This document shows positions 38,516 through 51,039 of a stretch of 64,000 nt of DNA, piece by piece. Position 1 is the first letter of the stretch. The number at the start of each line of letters is the position of its first letter. This DNA comes from Macrostomum lignano. Taxonomy: Eukaryota. The stretch is from the NCBI GenBank assembly GCA_002269645.1, contig NIVC01000415.1, positions 496,001-560,000 of the forward strand. The letters run 5' to 3'. The notes beneath the pieces were generated by a model that saw nothing but the letters and a program-made list of their open reading frames with translations, ran no database searches and was not told where the DNA came from. A program made the position numbers and the translations under genes.

Positions 38516-38974
38516 GTTCAAATAGTCATCAGCAGTAGGTAGATACGCACATTCTTTGATTATTATTCATCATCAAATTTCTATGCAAAAATTAACCAAA
38601 TCCAAAAGGCTGGTAATTTTGGACTTAGCGACGAGGTCTGGAGCTGTTTGCTTTAGCAACAAAATTGATGTCATTGCGTGGGCGGTGTCACTGGGAAGAG
38701 CTTTAATCAATGCGGCAATAAATTTTCCCTGGGTAAAAAGCTCTTTTTGAAAAAGCTACCTGAGTTAGGAAAATTGATTTAAACACCAGGTGCATGAACC
38801 TCGCCTTTTTGTGCACTTGTGGCATGGCGCTGCAAATACTACGCACAGCTTTCTGAAAGTTGAATTCATCAATAAAAACATTCCTTTCTTGTAAAATATC
38901 GATATCTTTATGCTCATAAAAATGCTTACTCATGTCCGTATTTAACCCTCAAAGCAAAGCCGATGCAGACATAA

Positions 38975-39890
38975 AAATACATGAATAAACACCCCTTCGG
39001 TAAAGGCACAAATTCATTAATAAACACCCCTTTCGGCAATAACATAAATTCATGAATAAACACCCCTTCGGCAAGACACAAATTCATGAATAAACACCCC
39101 CTTCGGCAAGACATAAATTCATGAATAAACACCCCCTTCGGCAAGACACAAATTCATTAATAAACACCCCCTTCGGCAAGACACAAATTCATGAATAAAC
39201 ACCCCCTTCGGCAAGACACAAATTCATTAATAAACACCCCCTTCGGCAAGACACAAATTCATGAATAAACACCCCCTTCGGCAAGACACAAATTCATGAA
39301 TAAACACCCCCTTCGGCAAGACACAAATTCATTAATAAACACCCCTTTCGGCAAGACACAAATTCATGAATAAACACCCCTTCGGCAAGACACAAATTCA
39401 TGAATAAACACCCCTTCGGCAAGACACAAATTCATGAATAAACACCCCCTTCGGCAAGACACAAATTCATGAATAAACACCCCCTTCGGCAAGACACAAA
39501 TTCATTAATAAACACCCCCTTCGGTAAAGGCACAAATTCATTAATAAACACCTCTTTCGGCAAAGACACAAATTCATGAATAAACACCCCTTTCGGCAAG
39601 ACACAAATTCATGAATAAACACCCCCTTCGGCAAGACACAAATTCATGAATAAACACCCCTTCGGCAAGACACAAATTCATGAATAAACACCCCTTCGGC
39701 AAGACACAAATTCATGAATAAACACCCCCTTCGGCAAGACACAAATTCATGAATAAACACCCCTTCGGCAAGACGCAAATTCATTAATAAACACCCCCTT
39801 CGGTAAAGGCACAAATTCATTAATAAACACCTCTTTCGGCAAAGACACAAATTCATGAATAAACGCGCCTTTCGGCAAAGACACAAATAC
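38975..39890. repeat. 35-bp minisatellite
   Basis: Unit aataaacacccccttcggcaagacacaaattcatg. Confidence 0.95.
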
Positions 39891-40089
39891 ATTTATAAGA
39901 CCATCAGCAAGACAACAATACATAGATAAACATCATCGGCAATACACAAAGACGCAAATAAGCTCTTCTATCGAAACAAGACACACAAAGCTTGTGGACA
40001 CAATGCACTCATAAAACTATAATATTTGAATGCAGCTAAGCAATTAATTATTAGCATGTAATATATGCGTAAATCCCATTCTCAACTCT

Positions 40090-40168
40090 CTCAACTCTCT
40101 CTCTCTCTCTCTCCCCTCTCTCTCTCTCCCTCTCCCTCTCTCTCCCTCTCTCTCTCTCTCTCCTTCTC

Positions 40169-40222
<54 letters not shown>

Positions 40223-40224
40223 CC

Positions 40225-40255
<31 letters not shown>

Positions 40256-40259
40256 CCCT

Positions 40260-40337
<78 letters not shown>
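40090..40337. repeat. (CT)n microsatellite
   Basis: Direct inspection. Confidence 0.95.
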
Positions 40338-40339
<2 letters not shown>

Positions 40340-41257
40340 CCTCCCTCATTCTCAAGCATACGCCAAACGGTGTCTCCTTGCAAGAGTGCCGATATTTTAA
40401 GGTTAGCGGGATTGCATGGATCAGGGCTATAGTGGGGGAGAAAAGGAGAGTTTTTTAGCGCAGCTCCGTGGCCTCTCAGATTTTGATCGGGTCCTGGCTG
40501 TTCCTGCCCACCCCCGCTCACAGTCTCCGCCGCCTTTTGTCTACCTTGTACCCGGATGCAAGGAATCTCGGCAGAGGGGGTCGGGATAGGCTGACGGTGG
40601 CTGATTGAGCGCACAATAGTAGAGAGGGTAGGGTACTCAAGCCTAGCACTCAACTCAGCCGTTTCATATATTGACGGCCGACCGCATTGTGAAGTCTTGA
40701 TGGGGATCTGAGCAAGAGAGGGGAGCGGGCGGTGAGAATGGGAAAACTGTCTCGCCTCACGGGGGCCAACCCCAGGACTGAGCCACCCCTCTTCCACCTC
40801 GCTCCCCCTATCCCAGCCAGCCCATGCTGCCAGGCTGGGAGCTGCATGGGAGCCGCAGCTGCTGCCCGCATCAAACTGCAATCCTGCATCTAAGGCTACA
40901 AAAGGGGTTGCAAGCGAGTTGAGAGAGAATGAAAGAGAGACAGGCAGGCAGGCAGCAGCCAGAGCAGAACGGATAGACTGAGCCAAAATACTAGTAGAAG
41001 GCCACCCACCACTTATACCTGCAAGGTGAGCAGGAAATTATCGATTTCGCCGAGAGAAAGAGAGACCCAGAGGCAGAGCCAGGGAGAGAGAGAGAGGTGT
41101 AGGCGGGTTCGAGACGGGCCCGAGTCAGACCTCGCATTCCACTCGATTCAACAAAACTGAAGACGCCCACTCGTCTTTCGTTGAATAAATCTGTCTAGCT
41201 ATATATATATAGAGAGAGACCAGAGTCGATTGAAAATCAAAGACAATTGCGGAAACG

Positions 41258-43147
41258 ATGGAAGTCGAAGAGGAAAATTGCGACGATGACCAGCAGCTTC
41301 AGCGTCGCCATCAGCAGGATCAGCGCCAGTCTTTCCTCACTGAGGACGACCTTCGCGAGCTGCTGTCGGAGCACCTCACCAGCCGGTGGTGCTGCTGGTG
41401 CTACCCAGCCGGGGCGGCGATGAAGTCGCTCAGCCTCACCGGCATCGGCTATTCGGAGGCGTTCGTGTACACCTTGGCCAGCTGGTTCGAATGCCACACC
41501 GTCCAGGACCGATTCATGCCCTACATGGGCGGCCGCCTCGACAGTCGGCTGGAGGGCGACCCGCCGGACACCTGGGACCTCAAGCGCCCGCTGCCGGAGC
41601 CGTTCAGCGAGGCCGAGTGCCTGCTGTCGCTGCCGCACAGCGAGGAGGCCTTCGCCTGTCCGCGCTGCTACGGCGTCGGCTACACGGCTTGCCGCAGGTG
41701 CCGACGAAAAGGCAGCATCGCCTGCTACGGGTGCCGCGGCGGGAGCGGCGGCGGTGGCATCGGCGGCGGTTGCGGCTTCGGCCGAGCATCGTACAGCAAT
41801 CATTCCTCGTCAACGTCGACTTGCTCGTCTGTTCGACGCTCATCGTCGACGATCGACGACCCGCTGCGCTGTCTGGTCTGCTCCGGCCGCGGATCGATTC
41901 GTTGCCCGGCCTGCCGCGGTCGCGCAGTCGGCGTTGAATGTCTGGAATGCGCGGGCTCTGGCCGGCTGAAGCGCTACCAGCTGGTGCACGTGACCTGGAC
42001 ACTGGCCGTGGACTACGTGGTGCTCAATGGTACAGAGCTGCCGTCTCACAAGCTCACTGAAGCCGACGGGTGCATTGTCCATCGTCAGGTTAATGAAGTG
42101 CTTGCTCTCATACTTTTCGTCTGTGGGTGTGCTTACGCCTGTACGTATGTGTCCTTGTGTCCTCACTGAGGGCGTCTGTCTGTAGTTGTGTCCTCGCTGA
42201 GGGCGTCTGTCTGTAGTTGTGTCCTCGCTGAGGGCGTCTGTCTGTAGTTGTGTCCTCGCTGAGGGCGTCTGTCTGTAGTTGTGTCCTCGCTGAGGGCGTC
42301 TGTCTGTAGTTGTGTCCTCGCTGAGGGCGTCTGTCTGTAGTTGTGTCCTCGCTGAGGGCGTCTGTCTGTAGTTGTGTCCTCGCTGAGGGCGTCTGTCTGT
42401 AGTTGTGTCCTCGCTGAGGGCGTCTGTCTGTAGTTGTGTCCTCGCTGAGGGCGTCTGTCTGTAGTTGTGTCCTCGCTGAGGGCGTCTGTCTGTAGTTGTG
42501 TCCTCGCTGAGGGCGTCTGTCTGTAGTTGTGTCCTCGCTGAGGGCGTCTGTCTGTAGTTGTGTCCTCGCTGAGGGCGTCTGTCTGTAGTTGTGTCCTCGC
42601 TGAGGGCACCAGCACGCGCTACTTTTTATTCACTTTCGAGGCCGTTAAACCAATGAAAAATTGCATTGCTCCAAAATCCTGCCGATACCCATTCGACCAA
42701 GACGGGCCCAACAGTCCGCCTGCCGGCCGGCTGTCCACCGGGCCTGTCGGTCGCCAGCGACTTCCTACTCGCCCGACATCGCCTCCTGGCTTCCGGCTGC
42801 CGATCGGCCAGCACCCGCCTGCTGCTTCAGCGGCATTCGGTTCGCCGCATTCCCGTCTGCTGCTGTGACTTCGGCTGGCTCGAGTCCGCGCCGACGCCAC
42901 CGACCCGACCGCGTCATCGAGAATCGGTTTAGAAGAAGATCAGAGAATTCGACCACCGCTGCCGCCGCCACCGATGCGCCGACACCGGCTGCACGTGTAC
43001 GGCTTGAACAGGCGCGTGCACCTGGAGAAGAGCGGCAAGGCGATGCTGTGCGGCCTGCGAGCCGCCGCCGCCGAAAAAACTCGAGCAGCTGGCGTCGCTT
43101 CGAGTCGGCGATTCGAACTCGCGACTTCGGCGTGCTGTCTGCTGTGA
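41258..43147 (+). CDS. SSUH2: SSUH2/ssu-2-like protein with DnaJ-type CxxCxGxG zinc fingers (exons 41258-42088, 42702-43147; one frame shift at ~42882-42929)
   Basis: LTEDDLRELL..WCCWC, PDTWD, LPHSEE, CPRCYGVG/CLVCSGRG/CPACRGR/CLECAGSG. Exon 2 TGPTVRLP..SVAS..RLLLQRHSVRRIPV, then in another frame RLHVYGLNRRVH...SACCLL*. Donor CAG|gttaat at 42089, acceptor ccaag| at 42701. Similarity is judged from recalled SSUH2 motifs. Confidence 0.75.
42165..42606. repeat. 31-bp minisatellite in SSUH2 intron
   Basis: Unit gtcctcgctgagggcgtctgtctgtagttgt, ~14 perfect copies. Confidence 0.97.
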
Positions 43148-43324
43148 TGCTGATAATGTAATAATTTCCTCCTCACTTGGTTGATTTCAGTTGCTGTGCA
43201 ATGAAGGACACTAGATTAAAGATTTCGCATATTTTTATGTTGTCAATTTTTCTTTTGCGATTGTGCTGGGAATCAAGTTTAGAAGATTATTATTCAGTCA
43301 TGCAGCTCAGATTCCGCTCTTGGT

Positions 43325-44590
43325 CATTAAGATCGGTTACTCTCTGGTCATTGAGGTTATTTCCTCTCTGGTCATAAGGTTCCTCTCTGGTCATGAAGAT
43401 TGGTTCCACTCTGGTCATGAGGGTTGGTTCCGCTCTGGTAATTGAGGTTAGTTCCTCTCTGGTCATAAGATTCCTCTCTGGTCATGAAGATTGGTTCCTC
43501 TCTGGTCATTGAGGTTATTTCCTCTCTGGTCATAAGGTTCCTCTCTGGTCATGAAGATTGGTTCCACTCTGGTCATGAGGGTTGGTTCCGCTCTGGTAAT
43601 TGAGGTTAGTTCCTCTCTGGTCATAAGATTCCTCTCTGGTCATGAAGATTGGTTCCTCTCTGGTCATTGAGGTTATTTCCTCTCTGGTCATAAGGTTCCT
43701 CTCTGGTCATGAAGATTGGTTCCACTCTGGTCATGAGGGTTGGTTCCGCTCTGGTAATTGAGGTTAGTTCCTCTCTGGTCATAAGATTCCTCTCTGGTCA
43801 TGAAGATTGGTTCCTCTCTGGTCATAAGAGTTGGTTCCGCTCTGGTAATTGAGGTTAGTTCCTCTCTGGTCATAAGATTCCTCTCTGGTCATGAAGATTG
43901 GTTCCTCTCTGGTCATAAGAGTTGGTTCCGCTCTGGTCATGAGGGTTGGTTCCTCTCTGGTCATTGAGGTTAGTTCCTCTCTGGTCATGAGGTTAGTTCC
44001 TCTCTGGTCATTGAGGTTAGTTCCTCTCTGGTCATGAGGTTCCTCTCTGGTCATGAAGATTGGTTCCTCTCTGGTCATGAGAATTGGTTCCGCTCTGGTC
44101 ATGAGGGTTGGTTCCTCTATGGTCATGAGGATTGGTTCCTCTCTAGTCATTGAAGTTGGTTCCTCTCTAGTCATTGAGGTTGGTTCCCTTCTGGTCATGA
44201 GGATTGGTTCCTCTCTGGTCATGAGGATTGGTTCCTCTATGGTCATGAGGGTTGATTCTTTTCTGGTCATGAGGATTGGTTCCTCTATGGTCATGAGGAT
44301 TGGTTCCTCTCTGGTCATGAGGATTGGTTCCTCTCTGGTCATGAGGATTGGTTCCTCTATGGTCATGAGGGTTGATTCTTTTCTGGTCATGAGGATTGGT
44401 TCCTCTATGGTCATGAGGATTGGTTCCTCTATGGTCATGAGGATTGGTTCCTCTCTGGTCATGAGGATTGGTTCCTCTATGGTCATGAGGATTGGTTCCT
44501 CTATGGTCATGAGGATTGGTTCCTCTATTGTCATGAGGATTGGTTCCTCTCTGGTCATGAGGATTGGTTCCTCTATGGTCATGAGGATTG
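43325..44590. repeat. ~21-24-bp minisatellite with higher-order blocks
   Basis: Unit tcctctctggtcatgaggattggt and variants. Confidence 0.95.
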
Positions 44591-45019
44591 GCATCAATTC
44601 AAAACACAGTAAATAGGATTATGCAAGTGTGCGAATTATCTGACAATTAGTTCAACGCTGGTTAAAGTATTGTACTTTTTTCTAAAGCTTTTTGCTCACC
44701 ATGCTGCGACCTTTTGTCCGTTTTTTCAAAATAAGTAAGATGCTTACCTATTATCACATCAAGGGCATTGCGCTTTATTTTTTAGAGGTCACCACAGATT
44801 GTTTCAGAGCATATATCTGTAGATGTATTCTTGACAGACTTATAAAAGTGAAAGTATACAACACTTTGCTAATTTACAAATTCGACTTTGCAGGTATAAG
44901 CGCTTTGTGACACTAAAGTACAAAACAAGTCTGCAAAGATAGGCTTCTGCTTACTAATGCTTTTGTTTCATTAAATTTACTCATTTTTGCTAGATATTTT
45001 AGACAATTTAGTTATTGTT

Positions 45020-45420
45020 GTCATGATGTCTAACAGATTAGATGCTTTTGTATCGAACAAGTTTGATGCTGTTGTATCTAACAGGTTTGAAGCTGTTGTA
45101 TCTAACAGGTTTAAAGCTGTTGTATCGAACAGGTTTGATGCAGTTGTATCTAACAGGTTTGATGCTGTTTTGTCTAACAGGTTTGAAGCTGTTGTATCTA
45201 ACAGGTTTGATGCTGTTTTGTCTAACAGGTTTGAAGCTGTTGTATCTAACAGGTTTGATGCTGTTTTGTCTAACAGGTTTGAAGCTGTTGTATCTAACAG
45301 GTTTGAAGCTGTTGTATCTAACAGGTTTGAAGCTGTTGTATCTAACAGGTTTGAGGCTATTGTATCTAACAGGTTTGAAGCTGTTGTATCTAACAGGTTT
45401 GATGCTGTTTTGTCTAACAG
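45020..45420. repeat. 24-bp minisatellite
   Basis: Unit gtttgaagctgttgtatctaacag. Confidence 0.95.
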
Positions 45421-46837
45421 ATTGGAAAACACAATTTTTGAAAACAATTCAAAAAGAACAAAATAGGAAGGAACAGAAATCAGATTATGAGCATTATATT
45501 ACGCGAATTCATGGTTCATAGTAAACTATGCTTACTATATAACATTACATTTGTTTTTCACTATCCAAGCGCGAAGCGATGGCAAATGAAGTAAATTAAT
45601 ACACTTGATGGCGCGCAGCAGCTGAGTCTACACTAAACTACACAGGGACGCAACCGGACGGCCTGAGCTGTAATTTAATTTTCCCAATTCTGCAAAGGTA
45701 GTCAGGCAGTTCGTTAGAGAGGGACTGCCCACTCTCCCTTTCTTTTCATCATTCACCTCTCTCGTTTGGGACTCCTTGAATCTGCATTCAACGCTGGCAT
45801 GGCAACTGTAAAGTGCTTTTTGCCCCCTGTTACTACTGTAAGTCGAGTACTTATGCAATGGTTACTGCTAGCTACAGAGTTTTGCTGGCTTAGCTGCGAC
45901 GACCTACACACATCTCAATTCTCTCTCCCCTCTCTACCTTCTCTCCTTCTCTCCTCTCCCTATCCGCCCTCTCCCCTCTCTATATCTTCTCTTCCTCCCC
46001 CATCTCTACCCTCTCCCACCTCTCTCTTCTCTACCCTCTCTCCCCTCTCCCCTCTCCCTATCCACAATCTCCTCTCTCTACCCCTTCCACTTCAATACTT
46101 CGCTCCCTCTTCCTCTCTCCCTCTGAAACTTTCTAACTTCACACGTTTTTTATCCTTATCCGTTTTCTTTGCCTTCCTCTCTGCTTTCTCTGCTCTCCTC
46201 CTCTCTCTTTCTCACCTCTTAATCTCCAACCTCTCTTTATCAAGACCACCAGCGAACAAAGTCCTGCTTCTAGCGCTCTTTTTATCTCACAACCCTGTCT
46301 CCCTCTTCCCATAATTTTTTACCAAATTCCTCTGTATAAATTTGCATGCACTATATATGCATGTAGAAAAGGCATGTATGCGCAATATACTTTTATGATA
46401 GCCAACTATAAGTATGTTGGATCAGTTTAGCGACATGAAGAAACAAGAGCAGGTAGCAAGCATTGTTTTACATTGTAGCGCTCATGTAGTACGGGTATAT
46501 TGATCTACAAAAAAATGATTTGCTCCCAGTCCAGCGGAGCGTGGTAACTGACTGACAGGTGCAAGTGCTCACTCCGGCAGAAATGGAACACTGGACGATG
46601 GACAGTCCAACTAACTCGTACAGGAACAAAAATGTGCGGGGCCCGCAAGCTTTAATTAGCGAAATAGAAGCCGCAAGACACATGAGCACCCTGAGATGGA
46701 CAGGAGAGAGGCCTGTTAGTTTACTGACGTCAAGGACACAAGAGTATGATTAATTCCTTGCATACTGTAATTCTTCTTTGCTAGTTTGAGTCACATTACC
46801 AGCATGAGCTGCAATTACATTAGCAAACTCTCTGCAT

Positions 46838-47580
46838 CAGTGCTTGAGATTGAGTCACCCAGCTGTCAGTTACCGAGGTACCTGCTTCCGAATCAGTGCT
46901 TGAGATTGAGTCACCCAGCTGTCAATTACCGAGGTACCTGCTTCCGAATCAGTGCTTGAGATTGAGTCACCGAGCTGTCAATTACCGAGGTACCTGCTTC
47001 CGAATCAGTGCTTGAGATTGAGTCACCCAGCTGTCAATTACCGAGGTACCTGCTTCCGAATCAGTGCTTGAGATTGAGTCACCGAGCTGTCAATTACCGA
47101 GGTACCTGCTTCCGAATCAGTGCTTGAGATTGAGTCACCCAGCTGTCAATTACCGAGGTACCTGCTTCCGAATCAGTGCTTGAGATTGAGTCACCCAGCT
47201 GTCAATTACCGAGGTACCTGCTTCCGAATCAGTGCTTGAGATTGAGTCACCCAGCTGTCAATTACCGAGGTACCTGCTTCCGAATCAGTGCTTGAGATTG
47301 AGTCACCCAGCTGTCAATTACCGAGGTACCTGCTTCCGAATCAGTGCTTGAGATTGAGTCACCGAGCTGTCAATTACCGAGGTACCTGCTTCCGAATCAG
47401 TGCTTGAGATTGAGTCACCGAGCTGTCAATTACTGAGGTACCTGCTTCCGAATCAGTGCTTGAGATTGAGTCACCGAGCTGTCAATTACCGAGATACCTG
47501 TTTCCGAATCGGTGCTTAAGATTTCTTCCGAGCTGTCAATTACTGAGGTACCCATGCTTTCGAATGAATCAGTGCTTGAG
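46838..47580. repeat. 56-bp minisatellite overlapping the Syt7 stop codon
   Basis: Unit cagtgcttgagattgagtcacccagctgtcaattaccgaggtacctgcttccgaat. Confidence 0.93.
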
Positions 47581-49363
47581 AGTGTGCCAACGAGCCACCT
47601 GTTGTCTCGGCTTGCTCAGCACCTCAGTCCAGTGAGCCGTCTCGCTGGGACAGGATCTGGTACCTAATCTAATCCTGCCAATAGTTTCAGAGCCAAGAAA
47701 GTCTTTGTCCTTAACCACCAGTTCAAGATGATACTCGTGCACTTTGTCAGCAGGCACGCCGAAGGTAAAGGACTCGTTCCACTGGGGCGAGAGCGAGCGA
47801 CGCACTACGGTGCTCCTTCGTCGCTGGCAAACTCTTCTAGTCTTGCTGTGCACCAGCTTGGCCACGCAATAAGGATCGGAGGTCCGACTTAGATCCATCG
47901 CTTTGAGATCCTTTGCCCGCATCAGCACCAGATTGAGCTGATTGGAATGCGGATTATAGCTCAACGCTAGCAGCAGTTCGCCAACGAATCCGCGAGTCTT
48001 CCGGTTTGGCTGCAGATTGCGCCAAAGAGTCAGCGATCGGCGAGCACCGTCGACTGTGTGCAGAAACACCAACGGGAACTGCGCATCCCCGATGGGGTCG
48101 TCACGACTGAACCTGTCGTAGTCCAGCACCTGGATTAGCAGAGTCCGATCTAGCAGGCGTTCGCCGGGAAAATTCTCGAATAAAAACACTTCATTCCAGG
48201 TTGGATTCAGTTTTCGTGATCGTACTTTGGTTTGCACACGATTTGCTTTGTCAGGCAGGATGCTCACCTGTAATTTGTGGTTGAGAAAACATTGTCCTTT
48301 GTCACTTTAGCTACAGTCTGCATTCAGCCGTTCGGTCAATTATCTACCGGTATTAAGATCGACACAAAACAAGACGCTTCCTTTTCCATTCCTATGGAGT
48401 CTGCCTTCTTAAGACGGTCTTGGTTGTGCCGCTCTTTAACGATTCTATTACAAAGGCTCAGTTGTTCCATTTTACATTTCCCGCAAGGCTTAAGAAACCT
48501 ACAAAGAACCTAAAGAACAGCATGGCCTTTATTTTGGAATCTTCACTAATCTCTAAATTAGAGCATCTGATGTAAAGCCCCAAATATCCTGCTCAGAACC
48601 TTGCAAATCCTCGTACCTTGCAGTAGGGATCGGAAGTTCCCAACGGGAAGTCCATCGCTGGCAGGCCTCTGGCCTCGCAAATTTTCACGCTCAACTGCCT
48701 GCTGGTCCAATCGTAGGTCAACGAGAAACGAATCCGGCCCAATCCGTGGTCGCGACCTTCGTCGTTTAACTCGTCGCGGATTAGCGGATCATCTGCGTCA
48801 GCTTGGTTGGCATCCGGGTTGTCAGCGGCGGTGACGCCAACTGCACCGACAATGGGCGGAGCTGGATGGGCGCTGTCTGCAGAGCCAGACGCACCTGGAG
48901 GAGCAGCTGAAGCAGGAGCAGCAGCCGGTGGCTGAACCGGTTTGGTCTCAGAGGTGAGAGTTGACACCAGGCTCGGATTCGACAGGCCGACTCGAACACT
49001 TGATGGCCGACTCGGTGGTGGATGCAGCAAATGAGGCGACGGCGGCACCGAGGATGGCGGCGGCGGTCGCGGCGGCGGCGGCTGCTTTTGAGCGGTGGCG
49101 TCACTTGGACTGTCGCTGTCGCTGCTCGATGTGTCGCTGCTGCAGCATCTTGACTGACAGCTCAACGGTAAGCAGCTACAGATCGATCGCTTGGCTCGAT
49201 ACTGTTTTCTCCTAGTAACTGCTGTCGATCGGCGTCTTCTCCTCTTAAAACAGCAGCCAAGGCCGGCGTCGCACAGCGGCGTGTAAAACGACAGCACCAG
49301 AATGAAAAGTACAGCAACAAATGCGCAGAGCACGACAACCAGCACTGCTTGAGTTTGCTCCAT
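47569..49363 (-). CDS. SYT7: Synaptotagmin-7-like (exons 49363-48617, 48267-47569; ~481 aa)
   Basis: N-terminal TM (AVLVVVLCAFVAVLFILVLSF) followed by Cys residues and a basic patch. C2A: GRIRFSLTYD..AMDFPLGTSDPYCK|VSILPDK..LNPTWNEVFLFENFP..VLDYDRFSRDDPIG. C2B: GELLLALSYNP..AMDLSRTSDPY..HWTEVLSKPRQQVARWHTLK. Phase-0 junction AAG|gtacga..acag|GTG. Confidence 0.92.
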
Positions 49364-49789
49364 GATTATGAGCTGTGAGTATAGTATCTGCTCTTGAACT
49401 GGGCTCCTTTTTGTAGTAATAATAAGTTCCTCGCTAGCTACATATGTATCTACGAATTATCTATCCTACGCAAAGATAGTTACGAGTAGATAGTAAGAGA
49501 ATAAGAACCAACGGTGAGTTTATCGAAACGTGAGAACCTTGATAACACTGGCACTGTCAGGCAGCGTATTATTATGCTGCGATATTAAGCAACCGATAAG
49601 TTTCGACCGCAAATGAGTATTATTATGCGTGTATTATTCAATCTGAACCAGGTTGCCAGGCTGATTTTCACTACCATAATGCATGCTTACTTCTCTGTGT
49701 AGAGTTTCTTACTTGCTCATCAAGTTTTTGTTTAAGGCACATAGGGTCAATAAATCACTTACGAGTAATAGTCTCTGTATAGTTACATG

Positions 49790-50380
49790 ATATAGACTCT
49801 ACAGTCACGTGATGGTCTCTGTATAGTTACATGATATAGACTCTACAGTCACGTGATGGTCTCTGTATAGTTACATGATATAGACTCTACAGTCACGTGA
49901 TGGTCTCTGTATAGTTACATGATATAGACTCTACAGTCACGTGATGGTCTCTGTATAGTTACATGATGAACTCTACAGTCACGTGATGGTCTCTGTATAG
50001 TTACATGATATAGACTCTACAGTCACGTGATGGTCTCTGTATAGTTACATGATATAGACTCTACAGTCACGTGATGTTCTCTGTATAGTTACATGATATA
50101 GACTCTACAGTCACGTGATGTTCTCTGTATAGTTACATGATATAGACTCTACAGTCACGTGATGGTCTCTGTATAGTTACATGATATAGACTCTACAGTC
50201 ACGTCATGGTCTCTGTATAGTTACATGATATAGACTCTACAGTCACGTGATGGTCTCTGTATAGTTACATGATATAGACTCTACAGTCACGTCATGGTCT
50301 CTGTATAGTTACATGATATAGACTCTACAGTCACGTGATGGTCATTGTATAGTCACGTGATAGACTTTGTAGTCACGTGA
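49790..50380. repeat. 44-bp minisatellite carrying GTCACGTGA, upstream of Syt7
   Basis: Unit gtgatggtctctgtatagttacatgatatagactctacagtcac. Confidence 0.93.
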
Positions 50381-51039
50381 TGAATATTATACATGTATAG
50401 TAACATGATGAACACTGTATAGGAACGTGGTTAACACTATAGCCATGTGCCACAATTTTTGTCAAGTCACGTTATATACACTTTATTGTTGCTAGAAAGA
50501 CACTCTAGTCACGTGATTTGCTCTCTAATCCATCGAGTCTTTGCCTCCCTACTCGAATGAAACTTGTGTCATTGTAACATGTAGAACTATTTTATCAATC
50601 AGTGAAAGTCAAGATACTCGTACCGGAGTCAGGATAGGGACGTTTGTCTTTGTAGTAGAAGTGCTTCCTCTGCTATCCATGCGGCGACATTCTATTTTTA
50701 GAATTTCCTGCTATGCAGCCTCTTGTTCGCCAAAGATATTTGAAGTAGCTCGTAGAAGAAGAGGAACACGAGTCGCGGTAGCATCCTCAAAAATTCGACT
50801 AAGCCTTTGATGACTTTCATTTGAGCCATTTTGCATTGGCGAAAGAGGCAAGACTGCATTTTGGCGCTAAACTTTGCATCTGTGTTAGATTGCTACTTTG
50901 ATTTTCGAATAAGCTTCCTTGCATCTCCACTGGTTTGCGCTGATGGGCCAAGTCTATAGTAACAGGAGATCCCATTATACATGCTGGCACTCCGACATCT
51001 CCTCATTCTGACGTCAATCAAACAGTTAGTAGATACAGC

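Noticed and set aside
38975-39890. CRISPR-like appearance of 29-35-bp repeats (also 9935-10485, 25555-26110, 53195-54140)
   Set aside because: Units are head-to-tail with no unique spacers, there are no cas genes, and the context is eukaryotic.
46520-46710. Peptide TLRWTG encoded on both strands ~150 bp apart
   Set aside because: Only 12/18 nucleotide identity, no extension and no support for either ORF; treated as coincidence.
50541-51010. Moderately GC-rich segment that looks exon-like (also 52060-52320, 52800-53000, 54330-54470)
   Set aside because: All frames are interrupted or short and no consistent splice chain or family motif was found.
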